Assembly: GCF_006345805.1 (NCBI RefSeq)
Contig: NW_021833407.1
Location: forward strand, 1-26,369
From: Octopus sinensis
Taxonomy: Eukaryota
DNA: 26,369 nucleotides
Reading direction: 5' to 3'
Shown: positions 21,298 through 26,369 of the stretch, one piece after another
Position numbering within the stretch: position 1 is the stretch's first letter
How the letters are laid out: each line of letters opens with the position of its first letter
Position numbers and translations under genes: made by a program
Notes under the pieces: generated by a model
Database searches by the model: none
The model's input: only the letters and a program-made list of their open reading frames with translations
Told to the model about the DNA's origin: nothing

Positions 21298-21312
21298 CAT
21301 TATCATTATTAT
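20903..21312 (+). mobile_element. SINE family 1, tail b (20903-21120), followed by a (TCA)/(TTA)n tail
   Basis: GCGAGCTGGCCGAACCGTTAGCAC...GAGTTCAAATTTC...GTAGAAAGGATTA. Confidence 0.9.
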
Positions 21313-21447
21313 TAAGACGGCGTCTGTCTTTACGTTCTATCTTCCAGTTCTGCCGAAATCGGTTTGTACATAATTCCTCATCTCTTAAATATAGAAAAAA
21401 AATTATATTACTACAACAATTGTTTCATCTTCAAGATGCATTGCTCC

Positions 21448-21587
21448 CTTCAGTCAAGAACCGGATCATCCTCGCAAGCTGAAATTGCGAGGATGATCTG
21501 GTTCTTGACTGAAGATTAAAGGCTTCGAATGACCCGTCCGTGTTTTTTGTATCGTCTTCTAAATGTTTTACGTTCTGTCCCATTTTG
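21448..21587 (+). mobile_element. Mini-element starting with a 30-bp stem hairpin and ending at (TA)n
   Basis: Arms 21448-21477 and 21485-21514 pair 29/30 (one G-U), loop 7 nt. The 3' part carries TCGTCTT like the related elements. Class inferred. Confidence 0.55.
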
Positions 21588-21632
<45 letters not shown>

Positions 21633-21633
<1 letters not shown>

Positions 21634-21780
21634 ACGGGAAGGTTTACGAAAATAAACAAGACGAAGGCAGTGGAGTACAAACAAACAAATGTATTAGTAT
21701 AGCGCTCAGGAATAGAAATAGAAAAAGTCTTTTACGTTTCGAGCCTATGCTCTTCGACAGAAAGATACACAGAAAAGAAC
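21633..21780 (-). mobile_element. Penelope-like pLTR-type fragment, same family as 6135-6258, ending in (TA)n
   Basis: The reverse complement aligns with 6135-6258 (GAAGAGC..AGGCTCGAAAC.TAAAAGAC, GAGCG, AATACA, TTCGTCTT). Confidence 0.6.
21728..21765 (-). ncRNA. Minimal type I hammerhead-like motif with a variant core
   Basis: Minus strand TCTTT-CTGTCGAA-GAGC-ATAG-GCTC-GAAAC-GTA-AAAGA: stem I 5 bp, stem II 4 bp, palindromic ACGT in stem III, GUA triplet. A6 is not conserved. Confidence 0.5.
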
Positions 21781-21853
21781 AAGGAGAAACAAGGAGAGAA
21801 AAAAATGCGTGTAGGAGCTACCGATCTATCATGGCGTATACATATATATATAT

Positions 21854-21887
<34 letters not shown>

Positions 21888-21933
21888 ATATATATATATA
21901 TATACACATACATACATACATACATACACATAC

Positions 21934-22097
21934 AAGCTTCCGCACAGTTTCCGTCTTCCAAATGAACTCACAAAGCATCGGTCGCTCTGGGGCTATAAAA
22001 GATGACTCTTGCCCAAGGTGCGTGCGGTGTTGTAGAATAGAACCTGAAACCCGAAACCACACCGCTGCAAAGCCATCTTCCTAACCGCACAGCCACG
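21934..22097 (-). mobile_element. tRNA-headed SINE family 3 with a CORE-like ACCTTGGGCAAG motif
   Basis: Minus strand begins GCGTGGCTGTGCGGTTAG (A-box-like), contains CACCTTGGGCAAGAG and ends at (TATG)/(TA)n. Confidence 0.8.
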
Positions 22098-22898
22098 CTT
22101 ATTCTCATCCATACTTACAGAAGGCGCCTCAATGAACGAAACTTTAAGTGTCTTTCACTTAACTGGTAACTCGAAACCGGCTCGCCATCCCCCGTTCGGT
22201 GAAACCTCGCTTCTTTTTCTAAATCTCCTCCAATTCCATCTTATCTTACGTCTCTGAGTAGCGAAGAATTAATGGTATTAACCAATAGTGAGCATGCAAT
22301 CTTCTTCGCCAATGTCCGTATTGTTCTTCAACTAGATTTTCAGGAAATATTTGAGAAGAGTGCGTTTGTGTGCACCTGAGAACATATATGTGTGTTTGTG
22401 AGAGGCTATATGTGTGTGTGAGAGAGCATATATGTGTGTGTGTGTGAGAGCATATATCTGTGTGTTTGTGTGTGTGTGTTGTGCGTATGTGTGTGTGTGT
22501 CTACATGTGGGTTCGAGTTTCTTTTCTTCTGCTTGAAGTGGTTCTTATGTTTACACATTCCTTAGGTTTTTATTGTCGAATCAATGAGAAACAGAGAAGA
22601 AACGAAAAGAAAAGAAATAAATCGAAATAAAAAGCAAACAAAACAACACAAACAAACAAACAAACAAACAAAGATAGCTGAAAATTATCTCGCATTGAAT
22701 TCTGGGATTGTCGGCTGACTCGTTGAAAATTGAATTGAATGGAGAGGGAATTATGAGACGACACGTAGTAGACGAAGTTACCAAGCTACTCGCTCTCGTT
22801 CCATTGTTCTCTGGATAGCTTTACTTGTTCTATCCAACAATGTTATCAATTCCCTTGCTTCATATTTATTATTCGTTCACAGTGATGTTTAATTAAGC

Positions 22899-23272
22899 TT
22901 TTCTTCTTCTTCTTCATCTCCTTCCTTCCTCCCTCCCTCCTCTCCCTCTTCTTCTTCTTCTTCTTCTTCTTCTTCTTCTTCACCTCCTTTCTTCCTCCCT
23001 CCCTCCTCTTCCTCCTACTCTTCTTCTTCTTCTTCTCTTCTTCTTCTCCTCCTCCTCCTTCTTCTTCTCTTCACTCCTTCCTCCTCTTCCACCCCTCCCC
23101 CTCCCCATCCTTCTTCATCTCCTTCCTCCCTCCCTCCTCTCCCTCCTCCTCTTCTTCTTCTTCTCATTCTTCTTCTTTTTCTTTTTCTTCTTCTTCTTCT
23201 TCTTCTCTTTCTTCTTCTCATTCTTCTCTTTCTCCTTCTTCTTTCTTCTTCTCTTCTTCTTCTTCTTCTTCT

Positions 23273-23305
<33 letters not shown>
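22899..23305. repeat. Polypyrimidine (CTT/CCT)n tract
   Basis: Directly visible; explains the poly-R/E ORF 23015..23221. Confidence 0.94.
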
Positions 23306-23714
23306 GCCGCTGAATCTATGCTGATGAGCTTTCCACGCTGACCACAGCCACCACCACCACCATCCTCAACACCATCCTCACCACCATCTCCTAAACAGCA
23401 ACAATACTTCTTTACTCATTTAATTAAAATCGAGAGGCCTTTTATATATCTTCGTATAAAACTTTCCGTCTCACTATCGGATTTTCGTTTCAGTTTCACG
23501 AAGAATTGTAATTTGATTGTACAGAGGGGAACAATAGAGTGACAGATGGACGAGATGATAGAATATCGGCTTACTGGTCGATAGGTCGGGGGTTCGTATT
23601 CCATTAATGCTTCAATGATCCAGATTCGCGCCCTTCCATCACTATAATTTTCCATAATTGCTCTGTTTTAATGCATTTCTTCATTACCGCAATCTGCACT
23701 TTCGTTGCAGAAAA

Positions 23715-24524
23715 GTGCAGACGATTATATGAACCCCAGTATCTAACTGGTATTTATCTCCTAGATTCTACAAAACCTTAATGAATATAGAACTTAGTAA
23801 TGTTGAAAAGATGCAAAATAAAATTAGCCTTAGCTGGAATTTGAACACAGAACGTAAAGATGTGTGACTAAACAACACCAGAAGGCCTTTATTTACCATT
23901 CTAGTGATTCTGCCATCAGCATCCACTTATAATAATGGTTTCTAGTCTAGGCACAAGGCTTGAAATTCTGGGGAAGGCGTTAAGTCGATTACATCGACTC
24001 CAGTAACTCAACTGAACTAGCAAAGACTTAAAAGCAGAGTCAGCCTCGGCGGGATTTGAACTCAGATCTTAACTTAAAGATGTATAACTATACAACACCA
24101 GATAAACTTTTGTTTACCATTTTAGGGATTCTGCCATTATCCTTCTCTTATAATACCGATTTCTAATTTGGGCCCAACGCCAAAAGTTTTTAAGGAACCG
24201 ACTTACTGTCAATTTTGTTGACACCAGTACTTGACTCGTATTTTGTTATCGATTCTGAAAAAGTGAATAACAAAATTGATCTCACTGAGATTCGAACCAA
24301 CAACCTAAAGAGACAAATGAAATGACACGAACTGCTTTCTTTTTGTTACCGAAGCATTAATGATATTGCCAGTGTCTTCTATTTTAGGGATCATAATTAT
24401 TTCTGCTATAGGTACAAGGCATGAAATTTGGGGCAAGGAACCCCATCGACTACATCGCCCTCAGTACGTGACAGCTACTTATTTTGTTCACCCTAAAAGG
24501 ATGAAAGGTAAAGTTTACCTCAGA
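23715..24524 (-). mobile_element. Array of four diverged head-to-tail SINE family 1 copies on the minus strand
   Basis: Units at ~23715-23920, 23930-24150, 24150-24380 and 24390-24524. They carry reverse-complement body, B-box or head pieces such as GGAATTTGAACACAG, GGGATTTGAACTCAG, GAGATTCGAACC, GATTCTGCCA and AAGGATGAAAGGTAAAGT. Confidence 0.8.
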
Positions 24525-24529
24525 ATGTG

Positions 24530-24660
24530 ATATAGCGCTTCAGCAAAACAGACTGATATAATAAATACCAGACAGGGGTTTGAATTCTTCCACTAAAATC
24601 TTCCAAAGTAGCCCCCCCCCTAGCATGACCGTGGTTCAATGACTGAGACAGGCAAAATAT
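24530..24660 (+). mobile_element. SINE-like family 2, plus strand, partial
   Basis: Matches the reverse complement of 15125-15345. Confidence 0.65.
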
Positions 24661-24684
24661 TATCAATATATATAAATATATATA

Positions 24685-24715
<31 letters not shown>

Positions 24716-24845
24716 ATATGTATATAATTACATGTAATTATACATACATACATACATACATACATACATACGTACTTACACACACACACACACACCAACA
24801 CACGCACGCACACAAACACACACACACACACACATATATATATTA
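24660..24845. repeat. (TA)/(TG)/(CATA)/(CA) compound microsatellite
   Basis: Directly visible. Confidence 0.93.
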
Positions 24846-24849
24846 ACAG

Positions 24850-25129
24850 AATGAGATAAAAATCCAAGGCTGTGAATAGGTTTCGGAACATTTATAAAGA
24901 GAAGGTCTTACAGCAGTTTCCGGGATATTTTATATATCCCTTTCATCAGAGAAGGTGCGAGAAAATGTTTAAGTAATAGTTATTATAGAGAAGATATGAA
25001 ATACAGAGTGAAGTGGAGGAATGAAAAAAGGTGTGAGATACGCAAGGATATTGTATATGTAGTTCCATTATTTAAGCAGAATGGTGACACGGTACAGGAA
25101 ACTTATATATTTACCATTCTGCTTAAATA
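24850..25129 (-). mobile_element. Penelope-like or retrozyme-like mini-element: 5' fold-back, hammerhead, microsatellite tail
   Basis: 17-bp perfect inverted repeat 25069-25085/25113-25129, hammerhead motif 24906-24952, then ~60 nt to the TA/CA microsatellite. Confidence 0.55.
24906..24952 (-). ncRNA. Type I hammerhead ribozyme candidate (best in the window)
   Basis: Minus strand TCT-CTGATGA-AA-GGGATAT-ATAAA-ATATCCC-G-GAAA-C-TGCT-GTA-AGA. It has an intact CUGAUGA/GAAA core, 7-bp stem II, 2-bp stem III, GUA triplet and 3-bp stem I. Predicted cut between 24909 and 24908. Confidence 0.65.
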
Positions 25130-25229
25130 CTAGCGGGAGGTAAAGGAGGCCTGGCTTTTGTATCAGTGTGGTCAGACTTGTTTGATTAGGATTCAAAATG
25201 TTGTTTCTTTTTCCCCACTCAGTGACCTT

Positions 25230-25423
25230 TGGATGGGGAAGAAAAGAGTCCTTGAGTGCCGCATGTGACCCTTTAATCCGCGGTTGGAAACCGCTACCCT
25301 AAACCCACACGCTGTTTTATAAAGTGTCGTTTGTTTCATATCGGTGAGGACTATTATACCACTCCTATCATCAATAGCTGTCCAAAATTGTCCGCAAGAT
25401 ATTATCTTCCCATGCTGCACCAC
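25230..25423 (-). pseudogene. Possible RTE-type LINE C-terminal relic
   Basis: Minus ORF has WTAIDDRSG (resembles W...A.DR..W) and CGFRVAVSNRGLKGHMRH (resembles the C-terminal zinc-finger-like CG.VC.S.AGL.SH.R.H). Short and recalled from memory. Confidence 0.3.
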
Positions 25424-26369
25424 ATTGAGACAAGGACAATTAACGATGCTACACGCAGAAAGGATTATCCTGATAACCCCACGAAAGACACATCAGAACC
25501 AGAAACTCCTTACAAATGAAGAAAGCTGGTTTACACTTCAATAAAACCACTGACCCCTTTTCGATTTAAGAGTTTTAACATCTGTTTCTTAGAATCTAAA
25601 CACACCAGACGATATTTGGCCTAAGGCTACCAATTCTAGCTAATCCACCGAGCATTAATTATTAATCGTCGTCGGTTTTTGTCTCGTATCTGAATATTAA
25701 GTTTCTTCTTTGCTGAACGCTTCCATTTATGGCGATGCCGTCGATGATTCTGTCGACCAATTCTTGCCTAGAAGAGTCGATGGTATTGGCTTCATGGTAA
25801 TCTTGGTGGAGGACAAAAGTTGATTATGTTGATCCCCTCTCTCCTGTCGTCTGATTTCTTCCATTTTTCTTCTGGTAGCTTCGAGATTTTTGGTTCAGAT
25901 GGCGATGGAATGCCGCCACTTGGTACGGTTTCGTTGTTAATTATTTTGAATGAATTAAAGATCGCTTGCCGTATATGAAACGGTAGAAACACGAAAGTCG
26001 AACGTAGTTAGTTCTCGCTCAGAGTTCTACGGAAGTGGACCTGTTTCGAGTCACCAAACATGTTAAAAATAGCAGCTAATTACATAAAACCCCAACAGCG
26101 CAGCCTTAAATCAAGAGAAGATAATAAATTTCAATGAAGATATATTTTGGGGGTTGCCTCCCTTGCAGTTTTGGGTTTTTAGCCCTCGAAATAATTCAGT
26201 CATTTTTGTCAAACAAGAATTTCTTTGAAAAACAAACGTTCCTTAGCTCATCAAAAATATGTAGTAAGCATACTATTTCCAAATTTACTATGGGGTGACG
26301 TAATGCAAAAAATTGGTGAGATGGTCATGTTTAGAACGCTTTAATTAGAGGTGCATTCGATCGAAGTTA

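Noticed and set aside
21508-21540. CTGAAGA...CGAAT as a fourth hammerhead
   Set aside because: It has GAAT instead of GAAA, no stem II pairing and no stem I partner; kept only as a remark.
157-23221. Dozens of ORFs rich in H, T, D, M, I, Y, C, V, F or R
   Set aside because: They coincide exactly with di-, tri- and tetranucleotide repeats that lack stops in some frames. There are no domains, no splice context and they occur on both strands.
25203-25519. Plus-strand exon after the acceptor-like TTTCTTTTTCCCCACTCAG
   Set aside because: All three frames stop within ~85 nt of the acceptor, and the later 62-aa ORF has no recognisable motif.

Overview
Eukaryotic, AT-rich, repeat-dominated non-coding DNA. 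The SINE families and microsatellite mosaic most resemble an octopus (coleoid cephalopod) genome; this is inferred from recognising the repeats, not proven. No intact protein-coding gene is supported, and nearly all listed ORFs are artefacts of simple repeats. The window holds about 20 copies of one tRNA-headed SINE, often in co-oriented head-to-tail arrays, plus three further SINE-like families. It also carries a decayed hAT (Charlie/Buster-type) transposase (~14.1-15.1 kb), a decayed mariner transposase (~8.4-8.8 kb) and a probable TTAA-type MITE. The most notable signal is a set of short, mostly (TA)n-abutting mini-elements with a recurring design: a fold-back (inverted) 5' segment and/or a minimal hammerhead-ribozyme-like motif. 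These sit at 5586-5791, 5870-6258, 21448-21587, 21633-21780 and 24850-25129 and are consistent with Penelope-like pLTR or retrozyme-like relics. Short unique islands carry homeodomain/TALE and ETS-CRE motif clusters (weak evidence).
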